Assembly: GCF_964355755.1 (NCBI RefSeq)
Contig: NC_092680.1
Coordinates: 16,253,045-16,317,044 of the forward strand
DNA: 64,000 nucleotides
Source: Antedon mediterranea
Taxonomy: Eukaryota > Animalia > Echinodermata
Direction: 5' to 3'
Each line of letters begins with the position of its first letter. Position 1 is the stretch's first letter. The notes under the pieces were generated by a model. It did not search any database. It saw only the letters and a list, made by a program, of their open reading frames with translations, and had not been told where the DNA came from. Below are positions 36,325 to 47,373 of the stretch, one piece after another. The position numbers and the translations under genes were made by a program.

Positions 36325-38100
36325 ATGGACAACACAAGAATTTCCAAATGTAGGAGTTCTGAGAGGTTAAAAAAGAAACAAAGTTATGTCTTTCAAATGC
36401 CAACTACAAGAGAATACCTTGCCACAATTGATAAATATACACCAAGAAAGTCAATTTCAAGTTTAAGGCCACGGAAGCTTATCAACAGCTTTATTCCTGA
36501 GTAAGTTTACTTACGCATAATAGTTTGTTGCATGCCTTCTGCCAAAGAATAAGTCTGGTCAACCGGTAAGGAAATTCTGGTAGATTCGTCTACTTTCATT
36601 ATTTTATCACTAGGATAAATACATTTTAACACTTTTAAGTACAGTAATCTAATAATACAGAAAGCATTATTCAAAGTTAATTGTTTTAGATTGCTTGTTA
36701 TCAATCAAAGTTGTTGCTTTCTCTTTTGCAGAAGAAACCGGTACAACAACAGTGATGGTCTAGTATTAAGTGAAGATGATGACGAATTGCTGGAGTTTGT
36801 CAAATACTCAAGTGAATCAGATGACTGGGAAATATTGTATGAAGAAACCAATAAATCTGTAACAAAACGGAAATGTAAACAAATAAGTGGGAAAAGAAAA
36901 TCACTTTGTTTGGGAAAAATTTATGAAAAATCTGGTAATTCGATTAAGCAAACAAATTACAAACTCAGGAAAACATCTAGAAAAAGCAAGCCATCAGTTG
37001 TTTGTCGTAAAGGAAGAAGATTAAATTCACATGCACAGTCAAGTTCTTCAGATGAAAACATCCGGGTAGAAAATATTACTATAAATACGAGACGAAGAAG
37101 AATAAAATTGTTAAAACAATTAAGTTTGTCAGATGAAGAAGACCATGTATTGGAAAATATTAGTGCAAGAACAAGACAAAGAAGATTAAAATTACAAACA
37201 CAGTCATCAAGCTCATCACAGGAAGAGGACCTTGTAGAGGAATTTACATCACCAAAAAGCCGTAAAAGATTAAAATTGCAGACACAGTCAAGTTCATCTG
37301 ATGAAGAGGACCATGTAGTGGAGAATATTAGTGCAAGAACAAGACACAGAAGATTAAAATTACAAACACAGTCATCAAGCTCATCAGAGGAAGAGGACCT
37401 TGTAGAGGAATTTACATCACCAAAACGCCGTAGAAGATTAAATTTGCAGACACAGTCAAGTTCATCTGATGAAGAGGACCTTGTAGAAAATATTGGTGCA
37501 ACAAAAAGACAAAGAAGATTAAAATTGCAGACACAGTCAAGTTCATCTGATGAAGAGTACCTTGTAGAAAATATTGGTGCAACTAAAAGACAGAAAAGAT
37601 TACAATTACAAACACAGTCAAGTTCATCTGACGCAGATGACCTTATGGAGACTATTAGGGAAAAAAGAAGACATAATAGGCCTAGAATAAAATTACAGAC
37701 ACAGTCAAGTTCATCTGATGAAGATGACCTTATGGAAGCTATTAAGAAAAAAAGACACAGAAGATTAAAATTACAAACGCTGTCAAGTTCTTCTGACGAA
37801 GATGACCTCATGGAGACCATTAGGAAAAAAGGAAGACATAGTAGGCCTCGTACGAAATTGCGGACACATTTAAGTTCCTCTGATGAAGATGACCTTATGG
37901 AAGCTAATAAGAAAGAAAGACAGAGTAGAATTAAATTACAAACACAGTCAAGTTCATCAGAAAAAGAAGATATTGTAGAAGCTATTAGTAAGGAAAGAAG
38001 ATCTACCAGAATAAAGGCAAAAGAAGATACGTCTGATATTGTGGAAAATATCAGTAAGAAAAGAAGATCTAGCAGAATAAAATTGCAGACACAATTTTAG
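36325..38100 (+). CDS. Orphan ~514 aa low-complexity protein with tandem basic / Ser-acidic repeats (RRLKLQTQSSSSDEED)
   Basis: ATG exon 36325-36500 follows acceptor TACAG at 36310 and ends at donor GTAAGT. It splices in phase 2 to acceptor TTGCAG at 36731 and the 1.37 kb open frame ending TAG 38100. No recognisable domain. Confidence 0.6.
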
Positions 38101-38960
38101 TTCATCTGAGGAAGATGACCTTATGGATTAAGAAAAAGAAGCAGAGCAGAATTAAATTACATCAGAAGAAAATGACCTTATGAAGATTAGTAAAAAAAAG
38201 TAGTAGTAGGCCTAAAATAACAGTTCATTTGATGAAGATGACCTTTCAAAGAATTTTACATCACCAAAAAGACAAACACGGTCAAGTTCAACTGACGAAG
38301 ATAACCATATGGAAACTATTATGAAAAAAGGAAGACATAATAAGCCTAGAATAAAATTGCAGACACACAAGTTCATCAGAAAAAGAAGATATTTTGGAAA
38401 ATATTAGTAAGAATCTGATGACCTTATGGATTAAAAAAAAGGGCGAGGTAGAATAAAATTACGAACATAAGAAAAAGAAGTCATTGTGGACAATATTGTT
38501 AAGAAAAGAAGATCTATAGTTAGAATAAAATTGCAGACACAAGGCCTAAAGTTACTAATAAAGAAACGATTAGTGTGAAAGAAAGGCCGAACACAATAAA
38601 ACACAGTCGAGATCATTTGAGAAAGAAGATATTGTGGAAACTATTTGTATGAAAAGAAAGTCTAGCAGAATAAAACTGCAGACAAAAGGCCTAAAGAGTT
38701 ACTCATGAGGAAACGATTAGTGAGAAAGAAAAGCCGAAAATAATAAAATTGCAATCATTGTTGAGGTCGTCAGAAAAAGAAGATATTGAGGAAGAGATTA
38801 CCATTACATAAATAAAAAGAAAAGTACATATAGCATCTGGTGAAATGTGTTTACCAGTAACACAGCTGGATGTGAATCGCCTTCACGTCGCAAAAAGCAG
38901 ACGTTGGGACAATTTAAACGTTTGTCATACACTAAATACACTAAGGAAAAACACAAACGC
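38101..38960 (+). pseudogene. Decayed continuation of the repeat array (frameshifts and stops)
   Basis: The same AGTTCATC.GA.GAAGATGACCTT and AGAATAAAATTGCAGACACA units continue after the stop with indels. Confidence 0.55.
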
Positions 38961-38991
38961 TCTATCGCTTCAAAATGTATTTTGCCATACT

Positions 38992-39097
38992 TTTTAGTCG
39001 CGTGCAACGCGACTCTACAGCTAACTATGTCGGTCGGCCGGTTGGTCGGTAAACACTAACTTGAGCACGCGACTGCAGCCATGTATATGGCCTTGTT
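38992..39097 (+). mobile_element. Short Helentron-associated (DINE-1/HINE-like) element
   Basis: T-run start, hairpin AGTCGCGT-GCA-ACGCGACT, (GTCG)n microsatellite and end GGCCTTGTT. Confidence 0.5.
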
Positions 39098-40388
39098 TTT
39101 AAACATGTACAAATTTTAAAAAAACCCAGCAAAACAAAAATTGATTCAGGCCTGATCTCTAAATATGCTGTACGTTCCATTGCTTATGTCCATTATCACA
39201 ACATACAATCATCATCATAACCTCGATTCCGCCTTTACTTGTCACATCACACTCTGTAGCTTAAAGTCTTGGCACAGCCTTTTGAATATAATGCGCAATA
39301 CACAAGGCCCAACCTCACCCAAGTCATGTGACTCCACATGTGAACAAGTTTTCTGTTCCATTTTATAATAATTAAAGACACTTTCCCTACAAGTGGTTTG
39401 TAATCGTTTTGTAAAATGATGCATACAGTCTAACTTTAAACATTAACATTAAACCAGTTCATTCATTGTGTTATATGTAAAAACCTTTTTTTTTAATAAA
39501 ATGTAGTTTGTTCCCTTAAATTAAACATGAAACCATGTTTTTAATATAATATTGTGAATATATGATATATATGAAGATACATTATAGGCTTAATGTATAC
39601 ATTATTAAATTTAAAACAGTTATTATAAGTAAATCATAAGAAGCAAGAACTATCAAAGTCGAATAAATTGTCAGAAGAAATTATAATTATGCACTGTAAA
39701 AATATTAAGAAAATAATAAAACATTAATTTATATGCTACAATATTTTTTTATCTTTGACAAACAAGAATTGCATGTTTATAGTTTTTTTTATAAAGAAAC
39801 AAGTTCAACGTAGGATCGAAATCTAGAAAATACCTTTTTTTTTCACGCTTTCAGTGAATTTTTATCTAATTAGATGTCTATTTTTATGGCTGAATAAAAT
39901 ATATCTTTGCAACAAATGATTAAAAAATTAAGAATTATAATACAGTGTAGTATGGATATAAAGGAAAGTCATGCTTTTATATTATTAAAAAGACGTTACA
40001 GGTAAACCGCGCATTATAATATTATTTGTAACGTCATCACTCTATGACGATTTCTGCACATGCGTATTTTGGATCAATCGGCGAACTTGGAAATTACAAA
40101 TATTGCATTGAATTCCATCATTGTTGTTAAATTGTACTCAATAGCGACACAAATTGTATATGAATATTTATATGTTTGTTTATTTGGTTACTGAATTAAA
40201 AATAATTTGCTTTTTAGACGCCTTGTCTCTGCCTAGGCTTAAAAACAAAATTAATTATGCTGTACATTTAGTAACATCCAAATTATTATTAAGTAATGGT
40301 ATTGTTATAGTCCCACAAATAAAAATAATACTGATAATTTGCGAATTGAATAATCACTGTAGACAAATACAATCATTAAACTAAGCAA

Positions 40389-40568
40389 GGGTGCCGACAC
40401 TTTGTTGCGGTACTTCTGCTTGTTAAAATGTTGCCATGTCACGTGTCGCCAAGGAATTTCACACTTCCTCGGAGTAGCGTGATGGGCTTCAATCAAAAGC
40501 TTTACAAACTAAATTTATCCAAGGTCTATGATACTTGCAGGAGGCTCCAGTGAAGTGTTGGTTTTTTT
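40389..40568 (+). ncRNA. Putative structured Pol III ncRNA, short type, copy A1 (unclassified)
   Basis: 5' GCCGACACTTTGTTGCGGTACTTCTGC pairs with 3' GCAGGAGGCTCCAGTGAAGTGTTGG, followed by T7. Inner hairpin TGTCACGT/GCGTGATG. Upstream GCGAATTGAA at -48. Confidence 0.6.
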
Positions 40569-42230
40569 ATTTTTATGTTCAGTGCTTTCAAAATGTAATT
40601 AAGTATGCCATATACAAACTATTTTTTGTGGCGTGAAACACCACTTTTATTCTTTCAGTATTAATGATCAATTATACACTTTAATCATACATATCTGTTC
40701 ATTCTACATCTGTTTGTTATGCAATTTTTTCTTTGTTAATTTAATAACAAGATCAATTCAATTTATTAGTAATATATTTGTAAATTTTAAAATGTTAACA
40801 TTTCTTTTCCAGTTATCCTCTTTACATAAAATACTATGAGCCTGTATAGGTCATTATTAAACTTTTTTTTTTTGTATGCAATGTTGATAATTCGTAGGTC
40901 TGTTATTGGTTATTGTAACAATTTTCCAATTTGTTTTCTTAAGATTTTATCTGTACAGCAGTATTAAAACATGGCCTAAATACGAGGCAAACCACATAAA
41001 TAAATAATGTTTTACAAATGATACATGTAAAAACCTACTTCGTTCGTATTGGCCAAGAAAGGTTAACAAATGCAATTATTCGTCATTTTTTCGCGACTAA
41101 TCGTTACCCAAAAACTATTGGACATCTGAACTAAAATCAAATTGTTGCTTTCTTTTGACCAAAAGGTATACACAAATAAAAATCGCCTTTCTTCCTTCAT
41201 TTTCGCCATATTCATTGAAAAGTTCACAGTGAAGTGAATCGTGTATAGTAGATCAGCTGTGACAGAGAAAATTAGAAATCGGATCGAAAATGTAAGCAAA
41301 AACTGGCTTTATAGATTCAATGCAAATAACCTTTTATTTTGTTTAGGTATTTTAATGTTATTACTGATATAATTTATTATTTGTTTTACCCTAGGATCGC
41401 TTGTTATTTAAAAAATTGATACATAATAGGCCTAATATATTAGGCATCATTATGTCCATTTATTAGTAACTTAAAAGTTTATTATTAAGAAACTGACGCA
41501 CAATATATTATACATTCATATGCAGGAGTCCAGTTAATAGTAACATATAAGTTGATTATTATAATAATACAAGTACGATGTAATATTTCGATGAGAAGTT
41601 GATCCTAAAAAAAGCGGGATTACTCTGCAAACAGTGTGAATACATTGATCAGTCAATCTATCTCAACTGTTCCGCACTGTTCAGAGTGCCCTGTCGATCC
41701 ACTGTGCGTTGTATATTCATAGCGCTGACCGGGATTCGATATTTATTTTAGTACATAAGTTGGGACCCCTCATGAAACGTCAAATTGGCGTATCTCAATC
41801 TCATTGACCGGATGCCGGAGAGTCATGTCGAATATTCCCTTGACGTGAATCGATGATATTTGTTGCACATGCGTAGTTCAGAACCACTTGCTGTATTTGG
41901 AATTTCCAGATTATTAATTTTGGATCATTATTTTCGACATAATAGCCTACGCACAATAGGCCTACGTCGTGTCCGTAAAATGTTATGAATATGTATGTGA
42001 GCTTTTCTTTTCCTTCCTAACTTTTCACAATATTGAATTATTGTTTTACAAGTGAAATAGGTAATATAGGCCGCTCACAGAATAGGTATATGACGTCATT
42101 GTATCATTTGAGTCCCCTATTATATGCTACAAATTAAGCTTCAATGAAATGATTTGAAATATGAAATGACACTGAATACGTGCGAATTGAACATTTAAGA
42201 TACATAAATACGATTTTTAAATCAATTGAT

Positions 42231-42482
42231 GGTATCCTGACACTTTGTTGCGGCGACTGTGATTATTGTAATCCCGTGCAGCGTAGTATCGATGAGTTTT
42301 GTTCTGTGGGTGTAACTGAATTCATTGGTGTTTACGCGACGTTTGAGCAATACTTGCAAACATTAGCTACTGACTTATATCAAATATCAAGCTTTACTTA
42401 TACTTATTCTATACACGTTAAATACCATAAAGAAACAGCTATGTGAATGACAAGTCCCAGTGGAGTGTCGGGTGTCTTTTTT
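42231..42482 (+). ncRNA. Putative structured Pol III ncRNA, long type, copy B1 (unclassified)
   Basis: 5' GGTATCCTGACACTTTGTTGCGG pairs with 3' CCCAGTGGAGTGTCGGGTGTC, followed by T6. Inner ~19 bp hairpin GCGTAGTATCGATGAGTTT/GAATTCATTGGTGTTTACGC. GCGAATTGAA at -49 and TACATAAATA at -30. Confidence 0.6.
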
Positions 42483-43366
42483 GTAGGCCTATAGTAATTG
42501 GTATTTGTATGATTGTGCTTTATTTGACTGAAACATCCATTTTATTCCTCGTCGCAGTACTATTAATTTTGAAGACCTTGTCTTTAAAATATTAGAGAAT
42601 AATAGTACAAGAACAAGACAGAAGATTAAAATTACAAACACAGTCATCAAGTTCATCGGATGTTTTTACCTTTGACATTCCTTGAAATTTTCTCTAACGT
42701 AAAAGAAAGCTAAACAAGAATTACATGTTTATATTGATTTATGAAGAAATGAAGTTCAGATGTAGGAACGATATTCTAGAAAATACAAATTTTTTGCCGT
42801 TTTTATGGTTTAGTGAACTTTTATCTGAAGAAATGATGTAGGCCTACTGTTTTGTCTATTTTTTCTGGCTGAATAAAAATATACCTTTGTAACAAATGAT
42901 GTAAAAATAAAGAATTATAATAGTATGGAAAGATATGCTTTTATATTAGAAAGATGTTACAGATAACCGTGCATTTTAATCTTATTTGTAACGTTAGATC
43001 AGGGAGTTGACTCCCTGGTTAGATCACTCTATTATGACGATTGCTGCACATGCGTATGGATTAATCGGCGAACTTGGAAATTCCAAATTTTGAATTGCAT
43101 CAATGTTGTCAATGTAATCGATAACGATAAAAATTGAATTTGAATATTTATATGTTTGATTTATATTGATTGTGGAATTTAAAACCATTGCGTTTTAAAA
43201 GACGCCTGATTTACGTCTTAAAGAAACATTTAATTATGCTGTATTTTAGTAACATCCAAATACACATTAAGTATTTTTTAATTATTATAGTCACACAAAT
43301 TAATAACACTGATGATTTGCGAATTGAATAATTACTGTCGACAAATACAATCATTAAACTAGATAA

Positions 43367-43540
43367 GGGTACCTGACACTTTGTTGCGGTACTTCTGCTT
43401 GTTAATGTAGCCATGTCACGTGTCTTACAGGAATTTACCGTTCCTGGGAGTAACGTGATAGGCTTCAAATAAATAAAAAACGTATGGGGGACACGTCTAT
43501 GATACTTGCAGGAGGCTCCAGTGAAGTGTTGGGTTTTTTT
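43367..43540 (+). ncRNA. Putative structured Pol III ncRNA, short type, copy A2 (unclassified)
   Basis: Same terminal stem (CCTGACACTT/AAGTGTTGGG) and T7. Inner GCC.TGTCACGT/ACGTGATAGGC and CAGGAA/TTCCTG. GCGAATTGAA at -48. Confidence 0.6.
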
Positions 43541-45297
43541 CCTTTTTCTCTGTATGTTCATCATCATCATCCTACTGTTCAGAACCTCATTTGAGTATAG
43601 TCGTTCAGAGCTTAATTTGCAATGTAATTATATTAATAATATGCCACATACAAATACTTTGTTTTCTATTTTGTAACATAAAGCACCACTTACTTTGTTA
43701 CGGTACTTGCTTGTTTCCGGAGCTCAGCATCTGTTGGATCCGGGATCGAGGCTATGCCAGCCCCTTTGAAAATGACATCATATCCTCGAATACGGCGCAA
43801 ATCCTAAAGGGTCGTTGGGAGAGACCCGACTTGAATTGTGTTTTGATCTTGAAGATACCACATCCTCCGATAATAGTTCCATAGTATGCTTGATTTTTTA
43901 CGCTGCTGCTCTAGCCAGCTACGTCCCATGAGGACTACTCATAACTAATTCCGAAGAAGTACCATTTATAGTATCTGAGGCCGACAGTTTAATTGACCGT
44001 TTTGAAATGGGCATGTGATTCATAATTAAAGAACTAGTATCTTTGATTTGTATGTATTTTTGCGATTAAAGGACATCTTCTATATATAAATTTACGTAAG
44101 GGCAAAAATCGGTAAATCGTGCGTTATTTCTAGAATGTTTACTCGATGGTATATAAAGTTGGTTCGTACTTTCGGTACTGATTTTAACCGCCTGATGTAA
44201 CCCTGTTTACTAATTAAATTGAGTTCGATAATTAGTTATTGACGATTAAAACGAATTTAGGTTCAACGATTTTCCCCAAATAGGGGTGTTTTCCGATCGT
44301 GGTATACACTGTCTAATGGATGTCAATTTGAAAAATACCCGCACACAATAATACGAGGACACTTCGCATTTTCCTATCTCCTCCTACGATAATTGTTTTT
44401 AATAGCTGAAAACCGGTTGAACAGTTCGAGTACAGCATCATAATGTTGAAGACAGGCCGATTTTCTTTAAAAAATGCTATTTTGATACACGTAATATACG
44501 TTTTTACAAATGTATTGATTTGTGATGAATGGAACATTCCAAATTATTTGGTTTAACCATACAGGTATAGATTTAGATTTATGGGCCCCCTTGGAGAATA
44601 AACATAAATAGTATTGCAATGCTGTACAATACTGTTAAGGTATTAACCACTTTTGATCCCAATTTGAATCGCAAATTTCTTACTGTGTGAGTGTTGGTAC
44701 TGTTAGATATAATATAAACAAATATACAAATAAACTATATTACTGTGAGTATAATATACAAATAAATAAACGTTATTACTGACAGTTGCTTCTCAACGTT
44801 TGTATTAATTAATAATTTAAAAATATATAAACGTCGTAGGGTGTATCGTTACATGTACTTTACTATTTCAATCGACTATGACAGTGAGAGTTTTAACAAA
44901 GTATTAAATCGTAAATGTTTTACTGTATTTAGTGGTATATTATTTATAGGCCTATAAAACATTAAAAACAATATTTCGTTACTGAGTGGATAAGAATATT
45001 TTTTAAAATGTTTCCTCTTTGTACCGATCTTCTTCCCCCATCCCTCAACCCTTAGGCCTAATGTTACATACAAAACACAAATTGGGTTTGTTTAAATGAG
45101 TCCAAATAAAAAAATTTGACTCATTTTGTTTCGCTCTCTCTCTCTCTCTCTCTCGGAAGTAATTCCCAGGGTGCTAATTTTGGTTGACTACATAAATCAT
45201 TGTGTATATTTATTCGTTTCTGTAAACGACAATGTATTATAGTCCTGCAGTACGTACATTTGAAATCTCCATTTTTTTCTCGCTGGAAGTACTGTGT

Positions 45298-45361
45298 ATT
45301 CGAGAACCATCTGTGGGCACGACCTAGATGGTACGCGAGCGAAGCGAGCGTGCCATCTAGT
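45298..45361 (+). mobile_element. Helitron-like 3' terminus; related end in opposite orientation at 47631-47692
   Basis: CGAGAACCATC...CTAGATGGTACGC-GAGCGAAGCGA-GCGTGCCATCTAG|T: a terminal hairpin ending in CTAG before T. Confidence 0.55.
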
Positions 45362-46785
45362 TTTAATAATTAATCATAAATATATCTGAAGAAAGAACAA
45401 TGATTAATTTTAAAATGTCGAGCAGCGTTTTTTTGTAAGAAATATTTCTTATATGATCAATATAATTTTAATCATAGTGTCTGTTGATTGTTGATTCTAC
45501 ATCTTTTTTTTATATGCAATTTATCCTCATTGCTGGTTATTTATTTTGTTTCATTGTCCTGACATTAATTTAATAACAAGATCAATTCAATTTAGTAGTA
45601 ATATTATTGTGTAAATTTTAAAGTTTTAATATTTCTTTCTAGTTACCACACCCTGTTTTCATCATTCTCTTGTATTTTCCCATTTTCTCTATACTCGTAG
45701 GAACATTCCCCGAATACATAAATATAAATATTAACAATAAAATAAACCAATGTGTGCGTTAAATAAAGTGCCTTATATAAACAATGTAAATGAACTTAGC
45801 AAGGTTAAAATATATATTTTCTGTTTTACTTGACATTAATAAAAATATACAGAAGAGAATTTGAAGTAAAAGGATGGAAGTAGGCCTAATTATATAAAGG
45901 ACGTTGTAATAAAATATGAAACTCGTTTTCAATTTAATTGTTGTTACCAACTGTACAACTTCTTTCCTCTTTTGGTGTTCTTGTCCGCCGTTCTTTTTCA
46001 TTTTCGAGGTCAAGAAGAACACCAATCTAAACTTATTTATAATTGTTTTTATACATTTTGTTTTATTAATCGTTTAGGCCTACCCTCGGATATGATCGCT
46101 TGTTATTTAAAAAATGTATAACCATGCATGTCCATTTAATACTGTAGAAGTAAGAGTATAGTAACCAATAGGTTTATTATTATTGTAATAATAAGATACA
46201 TGGAATAATAGTGGGCCTAATATTTCGATGAGAATATGACTCGCTGTTGACCCTAAACTTTGAAAAGCGGGACTTATTCTGCAAACTGTGTGACGTGACT
46301 AAATTGATCATTCAATCTATTTCAAACTTGTTCAGCGTAGGCCTACTTCCTTGTCCACTGAGTGCGTTGCATATTCCCATAGCGCTGACTGATCAAATTG
46401 GCGTATTAATATCTGACTTTACCGGATGGACAGTCATATTAAATAATTTTCCCTTGACGTGAATCTTAATATTTTGTTGCACATGCGTATGTCAGAACCA
46501 CCAGCAAATTTGGAAATTCCAGCGTAAAATGAATGTTATGAAAAATGTATGGCAGCTTTTCTTTTCCTTTATAACTTTGAAATTATTGTTTTACAAGTGT
46601 AATAGGTAATGGGCCGCTTTTAGTAGGCCTATACATAATTATGACGTCATGTATCATTTGAGTCACTACTAGTATTATATGCTACACATTAAGCTTCAAT
46701 GACATTATTTGAAGTCATGAAATGACACTGATGTCGTGCGAATTGAACATTTACTGTAGACAAATAAGATTTTTAGATCCATTGG

Positions 46786-47026
46786 AAGTACCTGACACTT
46801 TGTTGCGGCGATCGAATTGTTAATTGTTGTCATGTAGCGTAGCATCGGCGGATTTTGTTCTATATTTGGTGTAACTGGGTTCATTGGTGTTACGTGATGG
46901 GCAACACTTATCAAAAATATATAGCTATCGACTTATATCAAATCTTATTCTATATTACAAAACACTTTATAATGAAATGGCTAACGGTTAAAAAGTCCCA
47001 GTGAAGTGTTGGGTGTCTTTTTTTTT
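46786..47026 (+). ncRNA. Putative structured Pol III ncRNA, long type, copy B2 (unclassified)
   Basis: CCTGACACTTTGTTGCGG / CCCAGTGAAGTGTTGGG followed by T9. Inner hairpin CGTAGCATCGGCGGATTT/GGGTTCATTGGTGTTACG. GCGAATTGAA at about -49. Confidence 0.58.
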
Positions 47027-47130
47027 ATATGGAGAGTGTGGGTATTCGTTTGTGCTTCTTTGAGAGAGATAGACATAATATGTTGCATTCTATTTCTTCT
47101 CTACTTTTAAAGAGTAGGTCTAATAAATGT

Positions 47131-47373
47131 TCTGTTATCAGTATTCGTTGCATAGTTTTTTTTTAAATGTATAAACGTAAAATCTAACGCAATGCAAACA
47201 AATTAAATATTATAATTATCCGTCCCAAATACTACACTATAAAACGACGTATCTGTTATCAGTATTCGTTGCATAGTTTTTTTTTTAAATGTATAAACGT
47301 AAAATCTAACGCAATGCAAACAAATTAAATATTATAATTATCCGTCCCAAATACTACACTATAAAACGACGTA
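47131..47373. repeat. Near-perfect direct tandem duplication of ~122 bp
   Basis: TCTGTTATCAGTATTCGTTGCATAG...CTATAAAACGACGTA occurs twice, differing mainly in a T-run. Confidence 0.9.

Larger units (their letters stand above)
39750..47030. repeat. Old tandem segmental duplication (~39750-42500 vs ~42710-47030); the second copy is interrupted by ~1.8 kb of insertions
   Basis: Collinear shared blocks, e.g. CAAGAATT.CATGTTTATA, AATCGGCGAACTTGGAAATT, TTAATAACAAGATCAATTCAATTTA, TAATATTTCGATGAGAA and ATTAAGCTTCAATGA. Confidence 0.85.

Noticed and set aside
36957-37820. 287 aa antisense ORF (also 30141-30557)
   Set aside because: Shadow frames of sense-strand coding exons.
39160-39430. Minus-strand coding-like fragment (...CCDNGHKQW)
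   Set aside because: Frameshifted with no clear exon boundaries; at best a decayed TE fragment that I cannot identify.
42180-42446. 88 aa ORF over ncRNA B1, and antisense ORFs 40305-40496, 43211-43570 and 46705-46914
   Set aside because: Frames and lengths are not conserved among the four paralogs, whereas base pairing is; there is no splice context.
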